The notes: generated from the letters alone by a model not told the origin. A DNA stretch of 64,000 bases from a virus (IMGVR_UViG_3300028591_000074:64001-128000); one strand, 5' to 3'. Shown: positions 48,921 to 63,410, numbered from the stretch's first letter. Made by a program: numbers and translations.

Positions 48921-51426
48921 TTACAATTTTCCGAATTTCTTCAGAATTAAAATAGTAACTACAAGTACAACACACAATATCGTACTTATCCAAATTGGTG
49001 AAAGCACCCACCACCATGACCAATCTATTACTTTACAGAGTTTTAAAGCAATGAATAATAATTGTAATCCACCGACAAATCCAATTCCGGCATTATTCGA
49101 TGTAGTATGCATTATTACTTCTCCTCAATTATATAAATCAATACACAGATGCAGACATCCCAGATGTATCATGGATATTATTTGGAACATCACCATGATA
49201 AATTCCAGCTGAACTAAGTTCTTTAAGCGTATTAATCTGATTAGCATTCATAGTGTACCATTGGACATAACTATTCCACACAGCAATAGCCTTTGTTTCT
49301 TTACAAAGCCAAGTAATCACGTCAAAATAGAAATCATCTGGACAAGATGCAAATACTTCATCTCGTGTTTGATTTCGCATAGACATTAGAAGTTGTATAA
49401 GATACTCTTGATGAGATGGAACCGCATAATGCACAACACCATCTTCAGTTATAATTACTTCGAGGTAGTTAACATATGTCTGTTTGTGTTTTTCAATATC
49501 AAAATCAGAATAGAGATCATAGGTCATGGTTATTCTCCAAAAATCTTATCAACACGAATACAGAATTCACCGTCATAGAATCCAAATGACTTTACAGTAA
49601 GTCCGTTTACAACTTTATTATGATAAGTTTCTAAGCCTGTGCCATAGGCAATTCGGCAAAAGTTCATATCATTTACAACTACACCAATGTTCCAATTATC
49701 GTACAATTCTAAAACTTCTTTTACAGTCATGTTTACATCCCCCATGTTCTCCATAGTATATTAAGTTTCTTCGTGCAACTTGCTCACAAGAGGACAATTA
49801 TCAATGCTACAAGGAATGTTTACTTCTCGCATCATGCAGATGTTCTCTACTTGGTTATCTGAAAATCTGGAAGTACGATATTTGCAGACACTTTCAAGAT
49901 TAGTATGTTCTATTATACACATCATTTTGACTTACCCCTTCCGGTTATAACCATATCCACTTCATCATCTGAAAATGATGAAACATCGTACTTATAACCA
50001 TATACTGATAGTAACCATGTTTCAAATAGTGCAGCAGATACCGGATCTTTGCACGATTCGTTAGCACAGGCTTTATAGTACTCCCGCTTAAAATTACGCA
50101 TCGCTTCTTCAGAATTCATCTATGTCATCCTCCAAAGGTAGATTATGGATAAAATTAAACAATTTCCTCCAAAGGTAAATTGTGGACAAAATTAAACAAT
50201 TTATACTGACAAGATTCACATAAATCTAATGTAACATCCGGTAATCTTGAACCATCTTGTATACGCCATATTTTGAATTGGAATGCAGCTTTCTGATATT
50301 TGCCATAATTCTTATCTTTTTCAAATAGTTTTCCACATCTATCACACTTATATGCCATTGCCATAATTTTATACCATCCCTATAATTTCCACAACAGATT
50401 CATCAACATCTACAGTATTTCCACCAGACAGCTTAATTCTTGTCTTAAAAATACTATTATCAAGCCTAAATATATATTCAATACGATTTACATTTAAGTA
50501 AAATGATTTTTTCGTACGATGCACTTCTATAAAATCTGACAGATTCTTAGGAATCTTTGGAGTTTTATCTTCTGCTTCCAACACAAATACAGGATCGATA
50601 TAACTGGTTGTACATGTAGAACCATCACTATTCTTAGTGACAAACTCTTTTGTATGTGATAACAACTCATCAGCATCAATAAGTTTACCCATTTTATCAA
50701 ATTTATATTCAACATTATCTGACCTAATCATCATATTTATTCCTCCCCAATTCAATATTAACACGATCAACAAAACTTATAATCACACCGGAAATAGGTT
50801 TCCGATATTGCGGATACCATCTTCCATCACAAGTATATTGATCATTCTGCAAACTATTCGGAATGTTTGAATCAATTTGTATCTCCATAATAATCACCAT
50901 CATCTAATATATCATCAGAAACATCTAATTTTGATTCAAAATCTTCTGTAGTTAAGATATGTTTTTCTATTGGCGTAAACTCATTATAGAATGTATGTTT
51001 CTTATACACATTACGATATAATATGTTTAGAGCACTACATAGAATACCAAAACATATACCTACACCCATAGCAATATTACAGACTATGCGAGGTACTTGT
51101 GCATCAATTGCAAGCATAACAACACCAGATGCAAAACTAGTAATACCAGTTAATCCTGTAATGATAGACATTATGTATGTATCTTTTGGCTTGGAATCAA
51201 AATCATATGGATCACTTTCAAATTCGCATCCACATTTACGGCATGTGAATTCCATAACTTCCCAAGTTTCTTTCCAAAAGAAATGTGTATTTGTATAGGT
51301 ATATTGTTGGGAATCCAAATGACTTCGATTACTTCCGCAACAAGGACATTTTTCGCACTCACCCAAAGCTAATTTTCTTTGAATGATTTTTGGATTTTCT
51401 GAATTAGCGGGTTTTGTTATCTTCAT
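48921..51426 (-). CDS. Run of small hypothetical genes (membrane and Zn-finger proteins)
   Basis: Tandem ORFs downstream of the class-A promoter at 51459. Confidence 0.55.
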
Positions 51427-51481
51427 TTAATCTCCTTAGCAAATAAGTTATTACATCTATTATAACGATTTTCCAAAATAA

Positions 51482-51518
51482 AAAGTCCACTGAATCGTAC
51501 ATTGACTCAGTGGACTTT
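51482..51518 (-). terminator. Terminator of the tail-fibre operon
   Basis: aaagtccactga...tcagtggacttt followed by a U-tract. Confidence 0.7.
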
Positions 51519-51522
51519 GACA

Positions 51523-51627
51523 CTATTCTCCATCAAGTATTCTTTTTACATCATCATATAGTTCCGGTGGAACATCATCTAAGGACATCAACCCCTTCTT
51601 TATTAGTGATGCATATATTTCTGCCAT
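51523..51627 (-). CDS. 34-aa CD1375/XkdX-like protein (below the ORF-track cutoff)
   Basis: MAEIYASLIKKGLMSLDDVPPELYDDVKRILDGE, in the usual position after tail-fibre genes. Confidence 0.7.
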   Translation of the reverse strand: MAEIYASLIKKGLMSLDDVPPELYDDVKRILDGE

Positions 51628-52004
51628 TATTTCATCCCCCTTATCATGCCGTATAATTCTACAAGTGCTAGTTGAATATTTGTAATATCGTTGTTGTCTG
51701 ATGATATTGACTGAATAATATTTTTAAATTGCATTTCAGCTTGTTGATCTTCTGTAGGGTAGTAGAATTGGAATTTGGTTTTATATCCTTGCTCGATCTC
51801 TTCATCTGCAAATAATAATGTTTCGCACATTGTACCTTGTCGTTCATCAATGATATCATTAGTATCTTCATCATAGATTTTAATATCATCAAAAAATTTG
51901 TCATTGATTAAGTTGGTATTAAACTCTTCTGTAGAATAGTACATACTTCCCTGTTTAATACAATGACTAATATATAAGTCATTTGTAAAGTATATTGTAT
52001 ACAT
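51627..52004 (-). CDS. Tail-fibre-associated protein
   Basis: C-terminal ITNIQLALVELY motif; position in the operon. Confidence 0.6.
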   Translation of the reverse strand: MYTIYFTNDLYISHCIKQGSMYYSTEEFNTNLINDKFFDDIKIYDEDTNDIIDERQGTMCETLLFADEEIEQGYKTKFQFYYPTEDQQAEMQFKNIIQSISSDNNDITNIQLALVELYGMIRGMK

Positions 52005-52018
52005 GCAATTCTCCTTAT

Positions 52019-55000
52019 TTATGCGTCACGGAATCTACCAATCATAATTACTTGTATATTGCCATTGGTGTTATTTTGTACCTGAATAGAAGTTCCTCCA
52101 GTATAAATAGATACATTTATAGTGTTTACATGGTGTTGATATATCACATTGTCACTGGATCCATCTGTCCATTGAGATACATAAGCAACAGTAGCAGTTG
52201 TAGCGGATGCAGTATATCTGTAACCAATTATTATTCCACAAGCTAAATTATATGTAGTAGTTCCTTTAGCTTGAGGGCGTACTTGTACAGCATATCCATT
52301 TGGACCTATTCTATAATATCCATCTGCATCTTTCCAAAAAGCCCATTGACCAGCCATCATATCATAAATGCCTGAACGAGGAGTATCTGTTGCGGTAAAG
52401 CGCATTTTATGCCCCATTTCAGTTATCTCCCAAGAAGGACTATATACTTCAAAGTTAGCCCCACTTGTTTGACTATAAAGTGTGCCAGTTATTTCATCAC
52501 CAGACTTATTGAGTTTAGCACCTAAAGTAGTATTTAAAGATTTATTGATACCATCCCATTTATGAGTGCCAGTAAATAATATGTCGCTTGAAGAACCACT
52601 AAGTGTTAAATTACCTGCTATTGTTTCATTACCTGACCAATCTAATGTACGAGCATTAGATAATGCGTTAGATGCTGTTCCATTACCGACTACTTCAATA
52701 TAATTTCCACGGCTAGTAGATGCAGCAGATGAGTTATCAACAATATTATATTGTCCAAAGACATGTTGGTATGCATGATTTGCAGTTGTGCCATAGCCCT
52801 CTGCATGAGATGCCCAATCACTTGCAGTTGTATTAGAACCTTCGGAATGTGCTGCCGATCCGCTTGCAGTTGTTTCAGTTCCTTCTGCATGAGATGCCCA
52901 ATCACTTGCAGTACAAAGAGTTCCTAATATAGTTGCAAAATTGCCAACTGTGCTGCCAATAGCGGCAGAACCGACAACAAAAGACATAGTTTTTGGATTA
53001 AATTTAACAGTGTATGCCTTATACACAGAATATGTTTCAGTCGAGCCTCCAGCAGATTTACTGATAAGTAATTCGTGAAATTCATCTGTAGCATATGAAT
53101 ATTCAAGTGGATCTTGAGTTACTTTAGTGTCTGTATATGTTGGAGTAACCCAAGTGCCATCATTCCGAAGGAACGTAGTAGTATCAGATCCTAATTGCGG
53201 GCCTTTTGTAATAGAACTAGTACCATTCCACTTAGCAAGATATCCACTTGTTCCAGTACCAGTTACAGTTCCCGTATTTGCAGTAAATGTTGCCCAGGTA
53301 CCTTTCTTTGTAAGACATTGATTAGTAGTAGAATTATCAAATGTAATAGGAGACCTTGCTACTTTTGGATTAGTAGAAGTATCTGTAATTACAATCTTAG
53401 CACCATTTGCTATTGCCGTATCAGAAGTTATCTATCCACCATTAGTAATATTTCCGTGAGTATGTGAAAAATCGCTTACTTGAGATTTTGTTATGCTTAT
53501 GTTACTAAATGTAGCAGTGACTCTACCGCCTGTTTGATAAAATACAGTAAGTGTTCTATTTGCCGCAGCAGATCCAGATATAGATCCGGCAAGAGTCCCT
53601 AATGCGTCAGTTATAGCCTTACCAGTTGTAACATCAGTTCCACCAGAAGCGTAGACATCTGTAACGTCTCTTGTTGCAGCACTACCAAGTCCTAGATTTG
53701 TTCTAGCATTTGCAGCAGTCGTAGCTCCCGTACCGCCATTTGCTACAGCAACAGTACCTGTTACATTTGCGGAAGTACCAGAAACACTTCCATTGATAGT
53801 ATTTAAGAATCTGGCTGCACCTGTTACAATTAAGTTTCCAACATTATCTTCGGTAATGTTTGCGGTATCTGCGTTAACTGTACCAGATGTTAAAATTGTA
53901 GATGTGAGTGTTCCTGTAGATGGATTAAATGTAAGATTAGAATATTTTCTTGCACCCTCTGTTCTGGTTGTGTTATCAGCAGTTGCAGAGAACAAAACTT
54001 CGTAGTTTGCGTTTGTGCTAGTTGCAGTTTGGGTTACTGCGTTATTGTTATCCGACCAAGGAATATTTACGGATAAATACCCAGATTTATCAAGTCCAAC
54101 TGCATATTGTCTACTACTTGTGGAACCCATCGCAGTAGAATCCAATGTAGAAGCTGTATCTGATTTCAGTTTCAACCCAATACTAACTTGATGATCCCCA
54201 CCAGTGCTTTCTACATCAGCCGATTCTATACCCTTACCACTAGCGGAAACCGATGTAATGCAGTTAATATTAGCACTTGCTGCACTACTTTGATTTGCAG
54301 TAAATGTACCTACACTTACACCATTTCTACTTATTGTAAGTGTACCGTTATTTACCGTAGGGTAACTTGGTACAGCCCACGATCCATCATTCCTAAGAAA
54401 TGTTGTTGTGGATGACCCTAACTGTGGGCCGTTTGTTACTGTATTTGCTGCACTAAATTTTGCTAAGTATCCACTTGTACTCGTCCCATTGCTTACTACG
54501 TTGTTTGTAATTGATGGTGTAACTGTTACAGTTTGTTTTGAACCCCCAGATGGTGTTACATAGAAGCAATTTGTTCCGTTTTCAAATGTGTAGGTTGTGT
54601 TAGTATTTGTTGTATAGCTTGGTGCAGCCCAGCTACCATCTTCTCTCAGAAATTTAGTGCTTTGGGATTGAGATGATACTGCTGCGCTAAATGCTAATGA
54701 TGACCTAGCAACCTTACTACTGTCTGAGCTATCCGTAATAACTAACTTATCTCCGCTTGCTATTGCAACATCTGTTGTCTGTAATGTACCACCATTTTGT
54801 ATATTACCATGAGTATGTGAAGTTGGTGTAGCAGATCCGGCTGTTGTAGCATATGGAACAGTAATAGGTGTCTGTGCTGTTCCATTCTTAGACAACACAA
54901 TTTGCTGAGTTCCGCTTATACCTAATGTAAATTGATCATTTGGAGGAACTTGCCAAGTACCATCTTGGCGCATATATTTTGTTGTTCCGTTAGTTCCATC

Positions 55001-55072
55001 GGTACAAGCACCATATATTTTATTTAGAAACTTTGCTCCGCCTGTGCACAAAATTGAATTAACCTGAGCCAT
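52019..55072 (-). CDS. Tail fibre / receptor-binding protein, 1017 codons with one in-frame TAG at 53432-53434
   Basis: FLRNDG.W, HTHGNI, VANGGTGATTAANARTNLGL and ASHAEG (YadA-like) repeats; ORFs 53432-55072 and 52019-53026 share a frame and the gap is open. Confidence 0.85.
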
Positions 55073-55243
55073 GTATACTTCCTCACTTACCCTCTATCGT
55101 ATCTAAATCATCGGATGATTCAGTATAATTTATTACTTTGTAATCTTCTAAATTTTTGTGTTGTCTATGAATATACCATAGGATAAACAGAAATGCTATG
55201 GAAGTAATTGCAACTAATCCAAGGATTACGCATAAGATTATTT

Positions 55244-58200
55244 TCATTCATCATTGTCCTCATTAGGATCGAACTTTACAAGTTTTACAGTCCAATCAGC
55301 CGAAGTTGTTTTATTCTTCGGCTCTTCCTCTTTCTCAAGTAATTTCTTGATCTCATCTAATTTTCTGAAAATCTTCTGGTTACTTCTAATTCTATATGCA
55401 GTTGATAGTACAATCCATGTCAGGATTGTAGATGCCATGATAAGTTCTGGTAGTGTCATTTGCATTATTATTCCCCAATATCCTGATTATAGTAATATAA
55501 AAGGTGTTAGTTAACTACGTGCCTATAATGATCTATGTCGTATGAATCATCCTTACATTCAGCTGCATGTTTTGATCTTAGAACACATATTGGGTGTTCA
55601 TTATCTGGTGAAGATATGAATGCGCATGTTTGACATTTCTCTTCATCTGCTGTAATCTGAACAGGCTTCCATTCTTTATTAAGAAATTCTGTTGTCACGT
55701 TATCATCATCAAACCACCCACCTGGATCAAAGAACATGCTATATTCTTCTAACCATTCTAAAAATTTATCTTTATCACCACACTTGATTGCATTGCATAA
55801 GTATTCGTAATTTGTCATAGTCGCCTCCAACATGTATAAAACCATCTTTGGAGATGTATGAAGATTCCGGAATTGGATATCCAAAATACAATGCCCAATT
55901 CTCCATAGTCATGCCATGTTTCAGATTATCCGGTAATTTCACAATCTCTGGTTGATTCGATTTTTCTAAGATACTTTGCCAATTTGTCATTTACTTCCAC
56001 CTCATATACAAACAACTCACTTATGTCAATGCAATCAGTTAATTCATCAACATTCAGTGAGTACCAGTAGTCTTCGTCTATAAACATGCAGCATCAACTT
56101 CTTTCTCGCCTATATAGATAAATAAGGTGATGTTGATGCCTAAATTGTAGTTGTGGTCAAATAGTATCGTGAAAACTGCACTCATCGCAGTCACGGCATT
56201 CGCAGAAATGCTCATTGTAGCATATCATATCTTCTCGGCAATCAAGGAATTCGTCGGCATCCTTGATTCCTATGACATTATGTTCTTCTGAAATATGTAA
56301 TTCCACAGTACCCCTCCATCAAAAGTTACTTTTATTTAATCTACATAGTCAGTACATTATGGACAAATCTGACACATTAACTGGCAATATTGTACTTAAT
56401 GTGTCAGTTTTGGCTAGTTATTAACATCTTTCCACTCTCCATCTTCACACATTTCTGATAGCGCTTTTGGCAGATTGTGGTAATGTTTTGCACACGCCAA
56501 ACCCCAGTCACTACCGCCAAGGAAATATTTACAGTTAAAGCAGATACGTTCTTCACTCATATCTTTGTTATAGAACCCGCAGCTTTTGGCGCTTTCATTT
56601 ACCATGATAGTATTTGTCAGCTCACAGGTTACACAATCCTTTCCATAGAACTTCATTGTTCCTCTGTAATGACTACAATTTTCACACAATTGTTCCATAA
56701 GCTCTCCAATCAAACTATTCTTCTATTCTATTTTTTCGTTTTCTTTCAACTTGTTCTTTTGTTTTAATAATTCTCATATACTTTTTTAATTTCATCTTCT
56801 TTCCATTTTACTTGGTTTTTTAAATGCTCAAGTTCATTTTGTAATCTTTCTAATAAAATCTCTTTATTTTTCTTTGCATCTTTCCGCACATAATAATATT
56901 TACTGAATTGATATCCACCACTATCTAACGCAACATGCCATCTATCTTCTTCATTGTAGTCATAAAAATCAGGTGGACTTACTTTACGAACATCATTCAT
57001 ATCAAATAATAACTTGAATTTATCAAAATTATCGTCTGTTAATTCAATACTAAGACCGCTACCACCAGACCAATATGTGTCATGCATGTAATATTTATTA
57101 TGATCCTCATATGCCGCAATTTTAAAAGTCCAATTGATACAATGATATGGATCGTTTCTTCTCCAAGATTCTATCCAACTGAGTACAGGTTTACACTCAT
57201 ATATTCCGGTCATACAGAGTTTATTTATATTTTCTTTGGATAACATATACACCCCCATCAAACTTTGTTCTATAATATTTTATAAACAAGCGCAATCCAA
57301 GTAACTACAATTTGAAGAATATGACAACTTTGATCTACGACTAAGTTAATTGTTTTTTTATTAGCTTTTAAATGATCTATTACTGTATGTAATATCCAAT
57401 TCATAATAAAATATGTTATATAAATTGTGTTAATATAATTGTTCTGTATAATCATTGTTACGGTAATTGGCAGCATAATCATAAATGTCCAACTAAAAGC
57501 GTGCTCTATCAATGCGACGATATAATCATGCTTGTACAACGGATCTGGTGCATTTTCTTTCCACCAATCTTTTTGTTTCATGCTGGCCAATATACCTTGT
57601 AAATAGTAGTCATCTACAATATGTAGAAATATCATAGATAGAAGTATTAAAACATTCATATGTCCCTCCAATAAAATATTTTATCCGTATCTTCATCTAT
57701 CCGCTTATAGAATTCCTAGGAGGATGGATAGGGAGACCATGGGTCTTGTTTGCATAGATAGTATTACCAATAGGAACAGGGATAGATTCATGTTTCTCTG
57801 GCGGATATATCGCTACGTTCCATGATCCGTCAGCATCGCAACTAATATCAACATTAGCACCTGCTGCTATAGAATCATTTACTAGCTTTCTAACTTTCTT
57901 CCAAGGGATACTGGATACGGAAGATACGAATGTAGTTGGTACTATTATTGACGGATCAACTAATGTCAATTCTGGCTGATTATCAATAATTTCATGCATC
58001 TTAATATTATCAAATGCATTATTTAGTAAATCTCGTTTAAGATAATCTGCATCAATCAGTTTCATGATTTTCCTCCTTGAATCGTATTAGCCATGTACCA
58101 TAATCGTGTTCGTATTCAATGTAGTCACACTGTTCTGATAATTCTTGAACTGTATATGTATCATTAAATATCACCCGAAATGTATGACTGTTTCTAAGTT

Positions 58201-61200
58201 GTGCGAGTCCTACTGCAAATGCAACAGCACCGACTGCTAATATGGGAATACCAATCGTAGAGAGCCAACCATAATCTTTTATAATATCTATTATTAGTAG
58301 CACGAGTCCGATGATAAGTAGAATCAATCCAACTTTCCACACCCAATCGTAGTTAATTTCTTTAATTATTTCCATTCTTCTTCCCCTGTTCTATCATAGA
58401 ATTGTATAATTCTATCGTATCTTTAAGGATCTTAATCGTTTCATCGTAGTATTCCCACTTCTGTTTCTGATACCTGCGTTCTTCCTTAATCAACAGATAG
58501 ACAGGGAAACATAGTAGAAAAATCAATCCAACTATACCTATGACGAGCAATGTAACTAAAATAACTTCATACATTATTATCCGCATTTCCTTTCGCAATC
58601 AATCCATCATTATATCCACTTAAATAAGCCAAGTCATATAACCGATCTGCATAACTTCCCCAGTCATCTGTAGGTGGTTGTAGTTCAGAGATAGCTTTCT
58701 GTTTTTCAAGCCGATTAATTACTTCGTTAAGCGTCTCATGCCAATTAGTATGTGGTCTACCATATCTTGACAACCAGCCTTGTATCTCAATGATGGTCAA
58801 TATGAGTTCGTCATTTGTTGCATTTTCTCTTCTTGGAAACATCATCCGTCCACCTCACATTTCCTGTTTTATCTGTTCGATCATTCGTAAAAATGCTATG
58901 GTGTCAGCTTCACCACCTATCGGTATTCCACGGTTTAGGTTATCATAATTTTCACAGAACTCCGATACATACTCATCACCTAGATTCTTACTAACCCATT
59001 TGACACCTTCTTTTCGTAAATCGTACAAACCTAATTTCTTCCTAATCTTCAGCATTACAATTAACACCACCTTTCATAGTTGCACCACAATTCGTACAAT
59101 AATGCAATTCAATTATTCGCTCCGGGAAGTCCGGCTCATGCCATCCACATTCTGAACACATAAAATCATGGGCTTCTGTATTTCCAATAATACCCTTATC
59201 AATCCACTTCCCCGGCTTTCGCTCTGACTCAACAGATGGCATATGTTTCGCATAATCAGCAATAAAATCAAGAGCCATGATAAATCCAGTATTCATTTCT
59301 CCAATATCACTTGTTGCCTTAGCTGTATCCTCACACTTGCCGATGATTGCTCTGCGACTGATACAATCTTCGCACCTCTCCGGCTGTGGTGTGATGGATG
59401 GAGCATTTTTGATATTTGATAATAATGACAATATATGTTCATCACTGTTTACACAGATATTTTCCAACTCCTCGACAATCGACTCTATGTATGCTCTGCT
59501 GATACAATCGCTACACTTCTCTGGCTTGACAGATGATAACTTTTTAACCTCTTGCCATACTTCGTGATATGGTCTTACTGCATCACATTTCTCTGCGAAT
59601 AAGTCAAGCACAGCCTGTCTGCTTATACAATCTTCACAAGGCTCTTGCTCCAATGCCTTTAGATTGTTGCAGATTGCCTTGTTGACTTCTAACAGAAGTT
59701 TGTCCTTATCAGATAGAGGCGCTTCTTCATCATCCTCGCAAACATCGAAGAATTGATATATTGTTTTGTGGATTATATTTAGTATTTCATCCATGACTTA
59801 TTCCTCGCTTCCTGCCTTGTACTTGTTGATAATCTCAATAATGTCTGATATATCACCTACTGACCGATACTCTGATATATCATTTTCCTCATAATCATAA
59901 TCCTCAAACCAATCGCAGATACTACAATTTCCAAACTTCTCTATTATCTCGGCGCTTATCTTGTCAAGCACATCTTTAGACTCAAGTGCTTTGATTGCCA
60001 TATCAAGTGCATTTAACGTGCTAACATCCCATCCATGTTCTCCTCGGTGCAGTATAATGAAATCTTTTAATTGATTTATTGCTTCTTCTCTTGTCATTCA
60101 CTATCCCTTCCTTCTGACTTCAATTCATCACACCACGATAAAAACGCCCTTCTTAACGGATTCAAGTTTCCATCATCTGCCCAACCTGCAAATCCGATAA
60201 ACCCATCTGTGTTAAACGAAATAGCTTCTCTTCTTGTGAAATAATGGGAATTAAGGTACAGATAACAATTCAAAATTGTTCCGTTCGTATTCTTCCTCAT
60301 ATCAATCTTCTTACTTAAAGACATTGTATTTACAGATGTTTCGCCAACCTTGTTTGACTTCTTTAATTCCCTGTTAATCATCAATACAAGTGACAGGATA
60401 TCACCCTCAGTAATATCGTTATATGTTAAACCACACCTTTTGAAATAGTCTCGTGCTTCGTCATTGGTACATACTGGATCAAAACCCCTTGTCATTCCTT
60501 ATCCTCGCTTTCCGGAAATTCAACCTTGCACCCTTGCTTTTCCAATAATTCCAACTTGGCAAGTGCTAAACTGATAGATGTTGCCGTTCCGTATGGTAGG
60601 TTTTTCTGGATCATGGAAAAGTCCTCTTGTGCTATTTCTGACATATTGTCATTCCAATCAAATGGCTTTGATACTATCTCAGTCATGTCTTATCCTCACT
60701 TTTCTTCGTAATTTAATAAGCACTTATTTATTGCCCCTATCAATTCAATTCCTTTTATTGTATATCGTTTTCCTTCAACTTCCAATTCAACCATTGTATC
60801 TGAATAACACCACGCATTGTGTACTTTGATTTTTGGTTGTGCTGGATTAGAATAATCATTTACTTCACAAGTTACATTCATCAGCGTTATCCTCACTTTC
60901 ATAGGTAAGTTTTATGACATATCCTACATGTGTTTCACTGTAAACCAATTCATCATCGGATCTAAGCAAAGTTTCTATTGCTTTTTCAATTTTAGGACTT
61001 GTGCAATAGTGCCGAACTGTATGTGTTTTACTATCTTCGATATAGATTCCCATTTTATTCCTCGCTCCTGTTTATTCATACTTCATCTGCCACGTATCGG
61101 GTTCATTCATCCCATCATCCTCATGCTTTACAATAGGTTTCCACTTTGATATAAAATCTGAATATGCCTGTTTTGTATTCTCTTTAGGCAGCTCGACACA

Positions 61201-61254
61201 CATCCTTTGTGCTAAATACTTGGCATATTTAACTTGTCTTTCTGTTGGATGCAT
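55244..61254 (-). CDS. Dense array of small hypothetical genes, including a DUF3307-like membrane protein (57270-57671) and a DCISR-repeat/Zn-ribbon protein (59042-59794)
   Basis: Overlapping ATGA-coupled ORFs; HIVDDYYLQ..H..H..IDH..DQ..H motif. Confidence 0.55.
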
Positions 61255-63410
61255 ACTTCCTCACTTTCTGTCTTATCTGCTTCTATGATTGTGTCAGCAC
61301 ATTCTATTTGTGTAATCCCTATAGCAGTAAATACATTATGCTCATCGTCATCATAATACACAGAATCTATTCGACAATCGGGTACTAATTTGTCTGCGTC
61401 AATCAATCTTCCATGACCTTTAGGTAGTGGTGTGCCGAATGCTATACAAGACTCTGGTATAGAACCTCTTCTTTTTTGCCATATTCTTTTATAATGCTGA
61501 TATATTTCCTCGGGTATTTTAATAACCAACTCTATATTTGCCATAATTTACAATTCTATTCCTCCTTTATCTGCTTCTATAATTGCCGGAACTTCTGGCA
61601 AATTATGTCGTTTAACACATTTCTCTCTATTACAATCTTCACAATTTCCCCAAGTACAAGTTTCATATTCTTCACACTGCAAAATACATAATAAGTAGTT
61701 TTCATCAATCAATCTGCCGTGACCTTTTGGGAGGGGTATGCCTTGAGTAACACTTCCACAAATAAACATAGATTGAATCTCATTAAGCATCCCATCTTTT
61801 GCGATATTAAATAACTTTTCCGGTATATCAATTACTATGTGCATCTTCCTCTCCCCTCTTGTATGGTGTGTTCCACCAATCCTTTGGATAACAAGTGCTA
61901 TCGTGTTCATCAATAATTACATCGACATATGGATAATCTTTATTATCTCGATTGTCATATATCGTTAAATCAGAAAACATTGCTTTAAATATATCTCCGT
62001 TAGTTGCATCTCTTGGGAATGATGTACCGTTCTTAATCCCTTGCACTACATTCTCAACATCTGGTGGCAACATACATCCGTTACAAGTTGCTTTATAAGT
62101 TTCTTCCGGTATGTCAATTACAATCTGCATCCTGCACCTCGCTTTCTGTTTATGATTTTACTTCACATAAGTATCATATCTTTGCATAGTAATTCTTCGT
62201 ATTTAAAGTATTTATTTTCAGTAAATTTACCGTAAATATTATCCCATTTCCAATAAGTGAGTATTCCGCTTTTACATATTTTAATTACATTATAGGCTAT
62301 TCCTGCTGATTGGTCATAAATCACGTCTTTTTCTTTTATTTGTGACAATTCCTTTGTACTCATCCCTTATCACTCGCTTTCTGTATCTTCTTCTATGATT
62401 TTTACTGTGGCATTAGATAAACCAACTTCACTTATCCATTTTTGACAAGACCAATCTAAATTTATTTGATTTTCCTTTAACTTATCTTCGGACAATATTA
62501 TCAATCTCCCATGCCAATTTTGAAGTGGTGTACCATTTCTTATGACTGAATATGTTCTTGATGTAAGACTATTAAATACATCAGGAATGTCTTGTATTCG
62601 CTTATAATCTTCTTCGTCTATATCAATTACTATCCGCATACTTCTACACCCCATTATTTTGTAAAAACAAACCTGCACTTTGGAGTTCTGCAAACAATTT
62701 TGATGGCTGCGCATAGTAATCTGTTCCAAAATCCCCATTAGGACAATAAACACAGGATTGATAGGTCTTTACGCCTATTGGTGGCATATTCCTATATGAT
62801 TCGCTTTCCAATTCCGCCCCACATATCGGACATTTCATTGATCTACTTCCTCACTTTCTGTATCTGCTTCTATAATTGTTGTAAATTCATCGAGGCTTTC
62901 AACATTGTGGCCATTACACTCTAATTCTCTAAATGCTGTTATCTCATTTGTATCAATCAATCTTCCGTGTCCTTTTGGAAGTGGTGTGCCAACACTAATT
63001 ACTTCATGTAAAAATGGTATATGCTCAAAAGTGTTGACTTTTGTTCTAACCTCTTCTTTTATATCAATATACATTTCTTCCGGTATATCAATTATCATCT
63101 GCATTTATTTCTCACCGCCCTCTTCTGCTTCTATGATTGCTGGTAAATCATTAAGATAGTCAAGACTAATTGCTTCTATGTATTGTCCATCTATTGTTAG
63201 ATATATTATAGGGTTATCCTGTTCCATCCTATCTTCATCTATCTTACTGATGTCTACTAATCTGCCGTGACATTTTGGCAGTGGTGTGCCATTATAGATT
63301 GCTCTGTGAATAGTTGGGTCCATTCCGACAACACCGCACCTTTTGGATGCTTCTATTCCTTCACATATGGACTTATACTTCCATTCCGGTATATCAATTA
63401 CCAATCTCAT
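61212..63410 (-). repeat. Six paralogous small genes (MxIVIDIPE...TPLPKGHGRLID...IIEAD family)
   Basis: Conserved protein and DNA boxes at start, middle and end. Confidence 0.8.

Noticed and set aside
52780-52910. Direct DNA repeat (ctgcatgagatgcccaatcacttgcagt, two copies) as a DGR template/variable repeat pair
   Set aside because: It encodes tandem ASDWASHAEG fibre repeats; no adenine-specific mismatches and no reverse transcriptase in the window.
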